A DNA stretch of 64,000 nt, from contig NMRA01000003.1 in NCBI GenBank assembly GCA_002633005.1, forward strand, positions 1,428,152 to 1,492,151, written 5' to 3'. Position numbers and translations under genes: made by a program. Below the pieces are notes generated by a model. The model made no database searches. It saw only the letters and a list, made by a program, of their open reading frames with translations, and had not been told where the DNA came from. This stretch comes from Phoronis australis (Eukaryota > Animalia > Phoronida). Below, piece after piece: positions 1 through 12,777 of this stretch; position 1 is the first letter of the stretch, and each line of letters opens with the position of its first letter.

Positions 1-210
1 AGAAATCATTCCAAACAATAATAATGCTTTGATGTACGAAAAGATCCCGATTGCTACGTCAAGTATCGTATCACATATCACAACATACAAAGATTAACCA
101 GACTCTGGCTGGCGACTGACTGCCGCGAAGTCGACATCGGCGAGTGCCTCAGTTAACAGGCATCGGTAGAATAATCATGGAATAATCGTTAAAATAATCA
201 CAAACCTTAC

Positions 211-303
211 CTTTGTATGAGGTCGTGCTTACTTCCTCTCTTAGAAGCACCCTTTTTACGCAATCTCAAATTCAGTTGGCACGGCTGCAAGCCATTTCAC
301 CAT
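211..303 (-). pseudogene. Degenerate SAP-domain-like exon, probably transposon-associated
   Basis: QLNLRLRKKGASKRGSKHDLIQR followed by a gtaagg donor resembles a SAP motif; needs a frameshift to reach the ATG at 303. Confidence 0.3.
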
Positions 304-1295
304 GTATTTAAAGGGCTCGCGAAATCGAGGCTGTTAATCTATCACCACTAGTACACGCACGCCCTCTAGTTATTGTAGATTTTCCGAATAGCCCCATTGT
401 CAAATGTAACGAACTGTTAGGCGTATTGGCTTACTTTTGCCTAAGTCACCGCGAGAATCTGCGAATAACACCCGCACGCAATGGTGTCCTATTCAGAGAC
501 CCATACTGAATACAACTGTTATCGGTCTTTTGTTGTTTTGCCTGGAATCTCGCGTTGACGCAATGTGGCACGAAAAGGCAGGTTCACCTATCATTTGACG
601 GGCCTACATTTGCGGGTGACTGAATTCGCGGTTTCTTATTTTGCTAAGACTTTGCTAGGACTACATGGTTAAATAACAAAATTCCGTTGAAGTTATAGAC
701 TTTAATGTGGTATTATTATGAATTTCCTGCCCCCCCCCCCGGGCTCACAATGTTGCTCCGGCGTTTCGATACATTACATGTACAGTGAACGACCCCAGAG
801 TCATAGAAATCACATACAAGAGTAGTTAGTGGACTTGAAAACAACTGAGTAGCAAAGCGGGTCGGTGGCAAGTGAGCCAATGACAATTTCCGGAATCCGA
901 CAGCCCAAGCTGGGGGTTCATGGGTGATATCACCATTATGGTGGTCCAAACCTTTAAAAAAGTTCAGGCCTCTGAGTGGACTTGTTTTTTGTAGCAGCTT
1001 ATTTGATACAATTGTCTCGTTGTACAGTAAACAAATGATATTGAAAATTGTAAAATCTGTCATGTTTATTGCTCTCTAGTTGACGATGAGTGGCGCCGTC
1101 TTTTGTCAAATTTTTAATCTCTGCACATTCACATTTATTAACTCAAGTTTAACCTGACTGATAACTTACGTAATATCGTTATTCAAGAGCGTTCCATTTT
1201 GTCAGTATAATGAGCTCAGATAGAGAACTCTAGACTATACACAGAATTAGAAATATTCCGGTGAACGATTGAACAATTTCGAGAAACAGTCTTAA

Positions 1296-1530
1296 AGGGA
1301 CATTATCGGCGAGAAAGGCGATTTTCTGACCTCAGCCCTCTCGCGGAATCGAACCTGGAACCCTCGTGGTCGCAGCCTACGATAAATGGCAGACAATTCT
1401 AAACGTAGTAATTTAACAGGTAAAAGTCACAGGCTTTATTTCAGCAAATGTCTGACAGACAACGGTGAGAACTGATGATTTGTAATAAAATCACAAAAAA
1501 TACAACGGGTTTTGCTGTTTTATAGCTCTG
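1296..1530 (+). mobile_element. Partial copy of the tRNA-containing TTAA MITE
   Basis: TTAA then AGGGACATTATCGGCGAGAAAGG; shares several blocks with 20763-21010. Confidence 0.5.
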
Positions 1531-1735
1531 AGGTTTGTTTCATGAAATGTGACGTAAGTGTTAAGATAGAAATTACGTATGAACTCCCACACAACTAATT
1601 CTGAAAAATCATTAAATCTCACTTGAGTACTCAGTAAAGCCTCTGAGAGAACTGCTATAGTTTGTGATTCGAGTTTATACAATGTGGTGCACTTTTATTT
1701 AGTAATTGTGAAGATCAATTTCTGTCATAAGTCAT

Positions 1736-1898
1736 CATAGGCGGATCCAAGGGTTCAAGGGGGTCCGGAGCCCCCTTTTTCTCTTGATTTTAGTGAAATC
1801 AAATCTAAAATTTCCAAATTGTTGACTTAGTTGAACCCCCTTTTTAAAAAAATCCTTGATCCTACTCCCCTTTTAAAAATCCTGTATCCGATGCTATG
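1736..1898. mobile_element. CATAGGCGGAT-type MITE (degenerate)
   Basis: Same terminal motif as the 60385 element; right end ATCCGATGCTATG; TSD not recognisable. Confidence 0.5.
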
Positions 1899-2850
1899 CT
1901 TTATTTTACTCCAAAACGAGTTTAGGAACTACTTTTATAATGTTCCACTTTTACAAGAAACATATAAGATTATCATTATTTTCATGAGAAAATTCTTTTA
2001 CCTTCATGAAACGAAAACGATATTTTAGAAAATTGTATCAGCGTTTCTGAGATTTCATACGGAACATTTATATGAATTAAAGTTTTATAACGTTCACTTT
2101 GTTTTGTTCTCAATGCACGTTTCTTTTTTTTGCTAAATTTAACTAAAAAAGACATGGTCACGTGACCCAATTAATGGCATAAAAGTCAAACATCAAATTC
2201 TGCGGGCGTTCTGCTTTCGGAAAATAGTTACTCTTACTACGCAAGCCAACACTAGAGCGACATCTTTCGGGAAAATGACCCTTTCTTTATTTTCAAAAGT
2301 TAGAAACACACAAAGAGTCCAGAGATATCACTAAAACAAGAACATTCCGTAAATTACAGTTGCGCATGCTCCGTATTTACTGGCAATTCAAAAAAGTGAA
2401 ATTTAGTGCTGCTCTTCTGTCTCCATTTCGGGCTCAATTTATTTTGAAAATTCTGTATTTAGTTGTGTTGTTTTGAGAACATTTGATTACGTGCTGAATG
2501 AGTAACGCTTGGGAATCAGTTTGGTTGGTTTGAGGTCACATTCTTTTTGTATATAGCTTTTAACGCAAAAAGGACTGAATGAGTATCTGTATACACTGAT
2601 GTGTATTTATATATTACATATGCCACATGGCTCAAAATGACTAATGATCTTCATTGTACACGTAGTTGAGCCTGATCGATTTTCTGCAATAATCAGCAAA
2701 TCGGATAAAGCTTAACAACAATCGAACTATTCAAAGGCGTAATCAAGCCGGGTAAATGTGCCGGATTTTGAGATTGTTTCGGGACGTTTTTACAAACGGG
2801 CGTCTAAGTAATCATGAATAAAACAATATTAGTTCAAGCAGTATGTTCAC

Positions 2851-3041
2851 CATACGTCGAGTGAAAACAAGCCTGGGGGAATTTGTGCGCGGGCAGAAGA
2901 AAGCAAACGAAGACACATCAAACGCTGTTTGATCCATCTGTCTATTTGATGACGCTTGCGATGACGGTCACTTAGATCGTTGGCTTGAGTGGAAATGAGC
3001 CGCGTCAGGTTAAATTCTTGTGTTGATTCTTTCGCAGCCAT
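2851..3041 (-). CDS. Probable first coding exon of an unidentified gene divergent from the JMJD8-like gene
   Basis: Strong start context aacaaaATGGC; open frame MAAKESTQEFNLTRLISTQ...GLFSLDV ending at a TG|GTGAAC donor. No compatible downstream exon was found in the window. Confidence 0.4.
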
Positions 3042-3594
3042 TTTGTTTCCATTATGGACAAATTAAATTTTTTAAGCTTTGACAGCATGTGTCCATGCAC
3101 CAGATTGTCTCAACGGCGGAACGCTGCGTGTTTTATTCGTCGTTGGTCATGTTAGCCAGGAAACTAAAGATATACGCAATACATGAATGAGGATGTTCAT
3201 TTAATGTTTCGCTCATGGACTTATAGAACTCCTGAGTTTCCCTGTAATAATGTCAGCTGCGTCATCACCATGGAGCAAAGACCGGTTGATACAGCCTGGG
3301 CGGTGATCAGAAAGGTACACTCCTATTGACGAAACAGCAGGAGAACATGTAAGTCGCTGATTACAGGAGCTGCAAGGCCAACAGAGCTCGGTTCGAGATT
3401 CGCCGTGAATTGATGCACCACACACGATTGGCTGTTGACGTTTTATGCAATGTTTTAAAATGTTGCTTTTCTCTCAGTTTTATGTTCAAGCACTCTTTCA
3501 TCCAGTCTTCTTAGAGTGAGACCACGGTGAGGTATTGAGTCCCCGACCTAACTCTACTCTGGCTGAGACAGGACTTACTGTTGGGGGAGCGAGG

Positions 3595-4211
3595 ATGGCA
3601 AAGCGGTCGGGATCGCAACACCCATGCAGGCGTACCACTGACTTTGGGAGTGAATATTCCGACAGTGAAAGAAACCGGCATGCCCTTGTTGGCACGAACG
3701 ACGAGACTATGATTGGTTCAGAAGACTACAAACGTGCTACGAAAAGGTGGAATTTGGGATTAAAAGATTTATTCACAGTTGTTATTGCAGCTTTTGTGCT
3801 TTTTAGGACAATTTTTAGCGGGAATGTACGAACACTTTCTAAAAACGATGAAAGAACATTACAAATAACCTGTGACGACAACAGTGGCGGATGGACGAAA
3901 GTGACCAATGTGACCACAAGCGAAGTGTGCTCAATTGAAAAACGATTTGTAGATCAGTTATCTAGCCAGGAATTCGAGGAAAAGTTTAGATACAAAAAGC
4001 CATTAATTTTAAGATTCCGGAACAAAGCTTGCGATTGGACAAATCCAAAACTATGGTCAAAACAATACCTTCGGAAATATTTTGGACAAAAGGACGTTTT
4101 GGTGGGAACAGATATGGATATTGTTATGGGGGGAGGCAGCGGCTATATATCTCAAGAATTTACCGAATATCTCGACAAGATGATAGGTGGCAACAAAAAC
4201 AAGGAACCTCT
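3595..4211 (+). CDS. JMJD8-like exon 1
   Basis: ATG at 3595 within ORF 3535-4215; donor CT|GTGAGT at 4212. Confidence 0.85.
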
Positions 4212-7200
4212 GTGAGTCAAACAGATTATTTCGCCACTATATTTTCATAGCTGAGTTGTGATATGATGCCAGTGATTTTGAACACGGAAAATTCCCAATT
4301 AAACCAGTTTCGTCTCTCTCCGAATTGACAAAATAAACAGTAGCATGTCTGACAGTATGCGGTCTCACCACGCTTGGGCCTACCAATCTCTCTGTTTATT
4401 CATGCTCATCTCGTTAAATCGTTCTATTTTCCATTGTATTTGCCAAATTAAACTAAACACGAGAGTACACCAATATACCTAGACTTCCCTCGGGCTATTT
4501 TCCGTGCTAGCAAAGTCATGAAAGGGAGCAATCTTGTGTATTGACATAGGTGAAGTCGTCTTTAGATAGAATCCGACAATGCGCTCTACCAAAATTATAG
4601 TTTGTCTGTGATCCACTGTATTTTGGCAGTGTGCATTGTGCCTTGTAACTAATATTAGTTCCTAGATTATGCTGAGCCTAGATATTTTATGCACAAGGAA
4701 CATATGTCATACGGAAAGTTATGAGATATCGTCCCGTATTTTCTAATGAAAATGATTATTACATGATATTGGCTCGAACATTTCTAATTGTAGTTGAAAC
4801 AAGATGATATCTGTTAAAAAATAATAAAACAGGGCTGTAGCTGTAGATGTCTGGAGGTGTAAAATCGCAGAGCATAACTGAAAGTATACTCTTGATGTAG
4901 TAAGTTCAACGCGACTGTTTAGATGACGAAATTCCCACTTGCTTCAACAGACTGACACACGTGGGGGCGCGTCTTAACTTCAGTGAATTTATCTTGCAGG
5001 TATTTGTTTGACCGAGACTTTTTAAAGAACACTCGTCTACTAGACAGCTTGGTCCTGCCCTCATACTTAAGACCGACGAATGTAAGCATTTTCAGCAATC
5101 CGTTTCAAAACCGAGCTTCGAAACCGTATGCATAAGGCCGCAAATATAACAATACGTCTTGCATTACCGTTGAGCTTCGTATAATCCCAGAACTCTAGTC
5201 CTATGATAGAACGCGCTTGTGTGCAGTCAAACCGTCGCCCATATTTCCAGCACATCATTTCTTACTTGAAGTGCAGTTACTCCGGGCAAGTAAACACACG
5301 GATTATTTTATGTAAACTCGGGTTCTAAAAAACATCAATCTTAGTCGGAGCATGTGTAGTCTAAGTGACGAATGTGCCACGGGCATGTTTTGGCTTAAAA
5401 TTCAACAGAACGAGTAAACGCTGAGAAACTATTCAAATGCATCATTTTCCGGCAAAATGATAGCGCAAAGACGTTGTTTTAAACATTTAACCTGTTAGAA
5501 TATTTGTACTTGTTTACTTGAAGAATGACACGTTCTGTCCCACTCCAGTATAGGGCAACAACCACGCGCAAAAGACAACTTTTGATCTAGCCTATTTATT
5601 GTTATCAAATCCGTCTCACCTTCTTCCTTACAAAAATGATTTCCCGGCTTGCAAAGATCTGCCAACTCGTTGTTGCTACAGACCAGACCCGTTATGTTGC
5701 TTGTCACGGCGTGTTAGTTTGACCGTCAGAGGGATTGCACGCGATTTATAGTAACCTAATTCAATACAAACAATGGATGAAAACGCGATGATATTGCTTT
5801 GGAGAAGTTGATGATTTTAAGACCACTTCATGGTTTATAGTATCGGCCCTTAACTCTGCACCATGATCGCTTTTTCAGGGCAGCATTGACCGTTGAATAA
5901 TAGGAATAATAACGGGAACTAAGTTGACGTAGTATTGCGAACTAAAGCAAAGTGCAGGGTTATTAGGAAGCTAGAAAACGTCCATGTTTGGCCAACTTTG
6001 GAACAACACGTCTCAGAAATGGATGATTGGAGTCATATGAAACTTTCAGACACTGTGCTTTATTTGCTATTCTCCAAAATATTTTTAAGAAATGCTTTTA
6101 AGATGTTCCACTTTTATGAAAGACTATCACAATGTAGGGCTTTTATTAAGTTGCATAAAACGAGAATAAAAGGATAATTCAAAAATCTGTAACAAGGTTT
6201 TGAACATTTATATTACAAAAAATCTGGTTATGTTATTGATACCGTCGTTGTGTTATCAATATACCTTTTTTCATTGGTTAATTTCACTTAAAAGTTTTGG
6301 TCACGTGACGGTCCTTTGGGGATTTGAAAACGCCATTACCACGTTAAATGTGGCTTTTTGATTAGCGGTATTTTCTCCCATTGATGAACAAGTATACGAG
6401 TATACAAGTTTAATTCCTAAATAGTTATCTGTCATACAATTGCACACTGACAATGTTTATAAGCTTATTATGTCACAAAATCATTCAACATCTAGACGTC
6501 GGCGCGTTTCCTTCCTCATGAACAATCTTGTCCGGCTCGTTACTCGTGTTACTTGCTCGGCTGTTTATTTTCCTCCGTTTCCTAGAGCCTTTGCAAAATC
6601 CTGACGCTTCGTTACTTTCTAAATTGCTAATAATTAGTGCATTAGCTGACTTCGGAGATAAAAAGACATCTTTGATTTCCCGCTTAACGCACTAGCTACT
6701 GGTTCTGCTTTATCGATTATAATTGGCTTCAAATAACATTTAATTAATAACGTTTCCTTCAAAGACGATTTTCCGTTGACCCATGATGAGTGCCTTCGAT
6801 CGTCTCAGTTCTTGCACATACCAATCATTTGTGGTGAGTTAAGATCAAAGATAACCGGGCTAAGTTAAATCAACATACTTCTTAACAACAACTTTTAAAA
6901 ACGGATGAGGCTGTTCAACAACTTCACAAGACTGCTTATTCGTCTGAGTTCACACCAGCCGTGTCGTTAAGCGAGATTTTTTTAAAGCTTTGATTGCCGA
7001 TCCGACGCGCTGATTTTTCAGTTTTTCGAAAAAAATACACTTCTACATTTTAATTTACCCGACACAGATTTCTCAAAGTGTCTCAGAATAATAATGGTAT
7101 TTACCAAAAATAACATAATGTGTTCTTAGATCAGTATTTTATTTATTTGTCAGTATGCTAACAAAGGCACTCTTTACACCGTTACCTTACCATTTTGAAA

Positions 7201-10200
7201 ACGATTTTTCCGTTTTCAAACTGCGATCTGTCAACAAGGGTACGATTCGTCAGCGTTTTCAAAAAGTTGCATTTTCTCAATTCAAAGAAGACAGTGAATA
7301 CAGGGTTTGCAAAAAATGAAAGTTTCCAAAATTTGCGTTTTATGTTGTCATTTTCGGTGGGTACGTGCAGACGGGAGGCGTTTTCAAACAAAATGTTTTC
7401 ACATGAAAACGCATCGTGAAAGCATTTAGCGAATGATTTCATTACCACCCAGTGGAATTTTTGTATGAAACGTAAGAATGCAATCGTATCGAACCCTTAC
7501 ACGAAAAGGTTTCTTGGACCAAGACTCACAAAACCTTCTTTTCGTAGGGGTATGCCCCACCTGAGGTACTACCCGTTCAGAACTCTGTGCGTAAAACACG
7601 GAAAGCTACAATTATTTAAGAAATATTGCTAGATTTAAACTCATGGTGAAATTTCGCCGTCTGAAATTTTAGGCATAAAACCTGTCCGAGAAGTTTGTAA
7701 TTATTTCTACTTTGTTTGGCTTTCCTATCACAGGTTGAGGATTTCGAGTCAATTTTTATAATGGGAACGACATCTAGTGGCGTGAGCTTCCACAAACATG
7801 CCGACGGTTGGAATGGAGTCATATTTGGAAAGAAAAGATGGTTCATTTATCCAAAAGAAACAACGCCACCTGGAGGTAAAACCGTTCGCGTGATTTGTTC
7901 AATAAATCGCGGTAACATTCTCATGCTCTTAAGTAGTAAACGTAAGGAACGTCGACTATTGCAGGCTTATGTTTTGTGCGTCCTTAGTAGGACCCAAAAT
8001 ACCCTCACAATAAGACATTTGAATTAAAGAAGTTATTTACAGGTGACTGGCCCAGCTTCAACCAACAAGATTGGCTAACTAAGGTGTATAAGCATCTTCC
8101 GCCATCCAAGTTACCCTATGAGTGTGTCCAGGAGGCCGGCGACATACTATACGTTGTAAGTAACTACATGTAGCTACTGTACAATAATGTGTTATACTTT
8201 GCAATCTATACTTAAGTTTTCTCTTCGTGGAATTTGTTAGATTAGTGTCGAGAGGACAGAATTCTCCTGATAAATCGCAATTGGCTTAATATCCATTCCT
8301 AAAATCACTTTATTGAATGAGATTGAAAAATGAACATGAATTCGATACATGACCATGTTGAAGACGAAATGTGAGCTTTTCCTTTTTCCTCTTTATAAAA
8401 TAAAGTGCGATTTTAGAAAATTCTGCCTGGATTCTCCAGACTTGGTAACTATCATTAAATTCGAAATAGTTGTAAAGAAATTCGCTTGCACCGGAGTATT
8501 CACGTTTCCAGCTTTGCATGACGATATAACTTCTCTCGACTTGAGGTTACACTACAACTGTCTCGACGCAAATCGATCAAGTGTTGAGGAGCTAGGGGAC
8601 TTTTGTTAGCTCCCATTTTATACAGACGGCCTGGGGAGAGTGTTTCATCAAAAACCCCTCTTCACCTGCGCAATTGCGATGATAGTTTCCGGCTTGCCGC
8701 AAGTTTGCGTTGACGCGGTACAAGATGACCGGGTGCAACTGACAAATTGACACTTCTCCGTGTCAATATATTGTTAAACAGAGCACCATTTCCAATGTCA
8801 ATTTGCGCTGTGTCGAAGTTGTTTCGTCACTACAATTTCGCACCTCTTCCTAATTTGTGGAGGTTCATATTTTACCTTCATTTAACCTACAACGAAGTGC
8901 CCAGACCACGGGGCTTAGGCTTGTGACATTCTTTAGTATACGAAATACGCGCAGATGTCGCAAGCCCAACATAATATGTGTCAAGCAGTAACTCTACTTC
9001 CTTTTGATCGAAACGTCTGTTTTAATAAGGTCGCCATTTTCGCTATTTTAGCCGGAAAGTTTCTACCACGCTACCATAAATATTGGTGATACCGTTGCCA
9101 TAGCAGTTCAGCGTATTTCCGGACAGACTCGCGCCATGCGCTTATTTGACAAAGGTAATTTCAGTTTGTGCCACTGAAACGATATCAGTGGCCAGAAGTT
9201 AGTAAGTACGAGAATGAATTCAGTGTGTAAAAAATTAGGGGCACACGCCAAAAATTTCAGTTAGGCAAAGCTAAAAGAAATACACCACTTCGTTAAGGTG
9301 CAAGGTTTTTAGGAATCGTTATATGTCTAGGATCATAAATACTTCGAGGAAAAACCTGATTTGATTCGCGCTTTTTGTTTGCCTTTTTTCGCTCAGTTTG
9401 TCGGTTTTAGCAGAGACTACGTTAACATACTGAATTTTGAAACGATGTTCTAGAGTTTGGTATTGTTGTGTCTCACCACTTGTGACAGAACATATAAAAC
9501 AACATAAAATAAATTTTAAAAATTTCATTTCAGTTTCTAATACTTTCTTTGACAAGAATCCTTATTCAAAGACCAGTATCGAAAAAAGGGTCAACTTATA
9601 TAATCGTCTTGCTGATGTTTTACCAGGTTAGTAACATACGGTGGCTGTATAAGAACTCTGGCACTCAGTGTAAGGAAACCAAATCAAAGGTTTCCACTCC
9701 AAAACATACACCAAATTGGGGTTAAATAATGACGCTGAGTGAGGCTTTGTAGACCAATTAACTAATAAAAAAATATGTTTATGTAAATAAGAATGTTTTA
9801 ACATTTAAAATGTATTCGACGGTTTCTTTCTTATGTTAAATATTGCACTTTTAGTTGTGATCAAATGGTGCACGTAAATGTCCACTGCGTAATATTTCAG
9901 AAAATACAGAAATCCTGGTGAAGCTTGCAGAAACTTTAGTTCTCAGTGGTTACCTCAAAAGAGCTCGTGATCTGATGACGAAAGCTGTGTCCAAAGACGA
10001 ATTTAACGCACGTGCCTTCGTAGGATTAGCGCGGATTCACGCAGAAGTAAGCTGCGACTTCTTGTCCAACTTTCCAACACTGACAACTCACAACAAAGCA
10101 GTTTTAAACTGAGTTGTTAAACTTATAACTATAGCATAGTTTGGTTATTACAGTCTGCCGGGATGGTTTAGCTAACAGTTGTAAGGATTATAACCTAGGT

Positions 10201-12585
10201 AGAGTTCCGTAGCTGGTTTCGCATCGAGACAATCTAGCTAAAATCACGTGCTCTAATTTAAAATGTAAGGCACTATCTCGCGTAATCTCGTGAAGTCTTG
10301 CTTTCCTCAGTAACGAGATCTGGCGTTACTGAACTCTGCTGGTGAAGGATCAGACAAGTTGTAACCCGTCAGCTGCTTTTAGTTGACTTAGCCGGTTTCG
10401 CCGGGTCATACTGCTAACTTAGACATCAACCAATCACATTTTAGACGATTGAACTGATGGAACCGACAAAGACAATCAAATGTATCCAATGTGTGTATTG
10501 GAAATACGTGCAGCACAATTCTAATTCCTAGTGTGAATAGTAGCGATTACATAGCAAATATAGCTGTGATGGCGGCCCCCTTCAACGATATGAGAAATGG
10601 TTCTTCATGGAATTGTAGTATAAGTTGTTTCTCCTCATAAGTACCTTGGATTGTTTACAACCCCAAAACCCCAAAAAATTCACGGACCAAAGCTACTAAA
10701 ACGTTGTCTAGTCAAGCCAATAAAATTGCCTCTGCATTTAAAAAGCGTAAATGTCGTGATTTACTTCGGTGGATAGCCTTTCACCTTTTCGACAAAATGG
10801 CTGCCCCTTTTTGTGTTATGGTGCCAAAATATGAGTCTTCCAGGAACGGGAACAATTGGAAACTAGGCATAAATTGTATCCTGCATAAAATGATGGTCCA
10901 AAATACTCGGGATGCCTGGTAATCGTTGGTTAATGCTTTATCAATTATATTTGACCGGTAGATTTTCTTGTAATTGGATAAGGGAAGCTGTCATTGTACG
11001 GCTTTTTGACGTTTGGCAAGGTTGTGTCAAAGCAAGCGTTTTTCTTAACTAGTATTTTCCCAGCGTGTCAGCGACTGCTATCTACAAGGCTGACAATCAG
11101 GTGTTGAATGCAGTTGAAAACTGTGGTACTATTTGAAATTTAAAACAATATATTTCATTGAAAATTATTTAGAAATAATTAATATCCCACGTGCACAGTC
11201 GTTGACTCGAGTGGGTTGTTCGAACCATCCATTGCTTGTTGAAAGAGGTCGCCACACAACACTCGAGCAAAAAACGTTGTCCAAATACGACTTTCTGTAA
11301 GCGTGCACTGCGTTCCAAAATCTTTGGGCAAAGTATTTAAGTGGTCGCTCTTCGGCTTTTGTCATTCTCCCACATTGTTTGAATTTGAATTTCTCGTGAG
11401 AATTCATCGATGTTTCACTTCTAAAATTCGTCCTCTATCCTCTCAAGCGTCACAACATACTGTGTAATTTCTAGCGCACCTGATAGTCACGTTGGACTAA
11501 TGTACATATTCCAATAAATCTCATTACATAACTGTGAAAAAAGTCATAACTCGGTTTAATTGGTGCGAACACTTAACCATCAACCTTTTGTCATGACTGA
11601 CACTCAAACTAAACCACACAGGTAAATAACAGTTCACATAACTTTTATTTTTAAAATTACTGTTGTTCACATTGAAAGTCACGACCCTTAAAAAAGTGAT
11701 TCCTGTTTTAATGTCTGGATGGCAGTGCCATAGAATTCATTTCATATACACGAATGGTTGTGACTTCAACGGGGCTGACCATTCACAAACCGGATTACTT
11801 ACATCTGGTCGCTAATGCGCCCTCACAACAGGTTTTATACAGTCCTTCAATATTACAACCGCTTTGATGTGAGTAGGACAAAGTCTTTTGTACTATTGTA
11901 TGTCTGAAAGTATCAGCGATATTTGTCAGTTAAACCTTGCGTCCATTGCGTAAGAGTGCGAAACACTTTCGCCCCACTTCGAACACTCACCTCAGATAAT
12001 TGTTTTAGCTGAGCGCCCACGATGACGCGGATGTGGCTTTCCGAAGGGCGATCGAGATAAATGCCGAAAGTGCTGTGGTGTATGCCGAGTATGGTTTATA
12101 TTTGGTCGAACAGGGGAGGTTTGAGGACGCGAAGGTGATTTATTACCAGGTGCGACAATTCTATTTCTTGTTTTGAATTTAGCCATTGTGGTTATTTTTA
12201 TTCTCATCGAATTTATGATATTTGAACAATTTGTTTGCCGGTTTGCTGACGACAGAAAGTAGCCTAATTTCTTGCGCCAAGGATTCGTGTGGAACGTTTC
12301 GGTCTCACACTTTTCTTCTTCAGTCGTCGATTTACAATATTGCCCGGTGCTGACCATTAAAAGAAGTGCCTCTCATTATTAACAGAGCGCTACAGGTATA
12401 ATTTGTTCTTCGAAAAAATGTTTTAAAATTCACAAAAAATTCTTCTTTTACAGGCAAGCAAAAAATGGCCGTTTGAAGAGGAATTTCTTGTTGGTTTGTT
12501 GAAGATGCAAGAAAAGTTGGGACAACAAGAGCTGGCAGAGATAACTAAGTCGATTTTGACACGTGTGAGGAAAATTAACGCTTAA
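3595..12585 (+). CDS. JMJD8: JmjC-domain protein (JMJD8-like) with N-terminal membrane anchor and C-terminal TPR repeats; 9 coding exons, 522 aa
   Basis: Exons 3595-4211, 5000-5081, 7734-7875, 8043-8155, 9052-9154, 9534-9626, 9901-10046, 12009-12149 and 12454-12585 join in phase via GT-AG introns (1569 nt, ATG to TAA). Motifs: EEKFRYKKPLIL, YLFDR, GVSFHKHADGWNGVIFGKKRWFIYP, ECVQEAGDILYVPESFYHATINIG (JmjC, HxH...H as in JMJD8); hydrophobic LFTVVIAAFVLF; TPR-like helices in exons 7-9. The symbol means 'like'; orthology is untested. Confidence 0.9.
5000..5081 (+). CDS. JMJD8-like exon 2
   Basis: ttgcag acceptor; YLFDRDFLKNTRLLDSLVLPSYLRPTN; gtaagc donor. Confidence 0.85.
7734..7875 (+). CDS. 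JMJD8-like exon 3 (HxH iron-binding motif)
   Basis: VEDFESIFIMGTTSSGVSFHKHADGWNGVIFGKKRWFIYPKETTPPG; AG/GT boundaries. Confidence 0.92.
8043..8155 (+). CDS. JMJD8-like exon 4
   Basis: DWPSFNQQDWLTKVYKHLPPSKLPYECVQEAGDILYV; tttacag acceptor, gtaagt donor. Confidence 0.9.
9052..9154 (+). CDS. JMJD8-like exon 5 (distal His)
   Basis: PESFYHATINIGDTVAIAVQRISGQTRAMRLFDK; ttttag acceptor, gtaatt donor. Confidence 0.9.
9534..9626 (+). CDS. JMJD8-like exon 6
   Basis: SNTFFDKNPYSKTSIEKRVNLYNRLADVLP; tttcag acceptor, gttagt donor; phase 1-1 fits both neighbours. Confidence 0.75.
9901..10046 (+). CDS. JMJD8-like exon 7 (TPR)
   Basis: NTEILVKLAETLVLSGYLKRARDLMTKAVSKDEFNARAFVGLARIHAE; tttcag acceptor, gtaagc donor. 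Confidence 0.85.
10193..10343. mobile_element. Short palindromic MITE
   Basis: ACCTAGGTAGAGTTC...GAACTCTGCTGGT ends; inverted homolog at about 49516-49833. Confidence 0.55.
12009..12149 (+). CDS. JMJD8-like exon 8 (TPR)
   Basis: LSAHDDADVAFRRAIEINAESAVVYAEYGLYLVEQGRFEDAKVIYYQ matches the TPR consensus; ttttag acceptor, gtgcga donor. Confidence 0.85.
12454..12585 (+). CDS. JMJD8-like terminal exon 9
   Basis: ASKKWPFEEEFLVGLLKMQEKLGQQELAEITKSILTRVRKINA*; strong polypyrimidine acceptor. Confidence 0.8.
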   Translation, partial: ASKKWPFEEEFLVGLLKMQEKLGQQELAEITKSILTRVRKINA

Positions 12586-12666
12586 TGTTCTTCGCCAGTG
12601 CTGAGTAATTTGCAATCAAGTGCCATTGTTATTTGAAATACAGTAGTACGCTGTTTTTTATACATA

Positions 12667-12672
12667 AATAAA
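12667..12672 (+). promoter_or_regulatory. Putative polyadenylation signal of the JMJD8-like gene
   Basis: AATAAA about 80 nt after the stop codon, followed by GT-rich sequence. Confidence 0.5.
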
Positions 12673-12777
12673 AAGACTGATAAGGTGTGTCAGAGAACAG
12701 CTTTGTGTATTTTCAAACACAATAACAGACATCAAAAAGACAACCTGACATTCATTGGTGTCCACATTCTGCTGTAT

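Noticed and set aside
716-1063. 115-aa minus-strand ORF as exon 2 of the divergent gene
   Set aside because: No convincing phase-compatible splice sites or recognisable domain.
12291-12330. Second hammerhead-like motif (CUGAAGA...GAAACGUUC, minus strand)
   Set aside because: Stem II cannot pair; at best a dead Penelope fragment.
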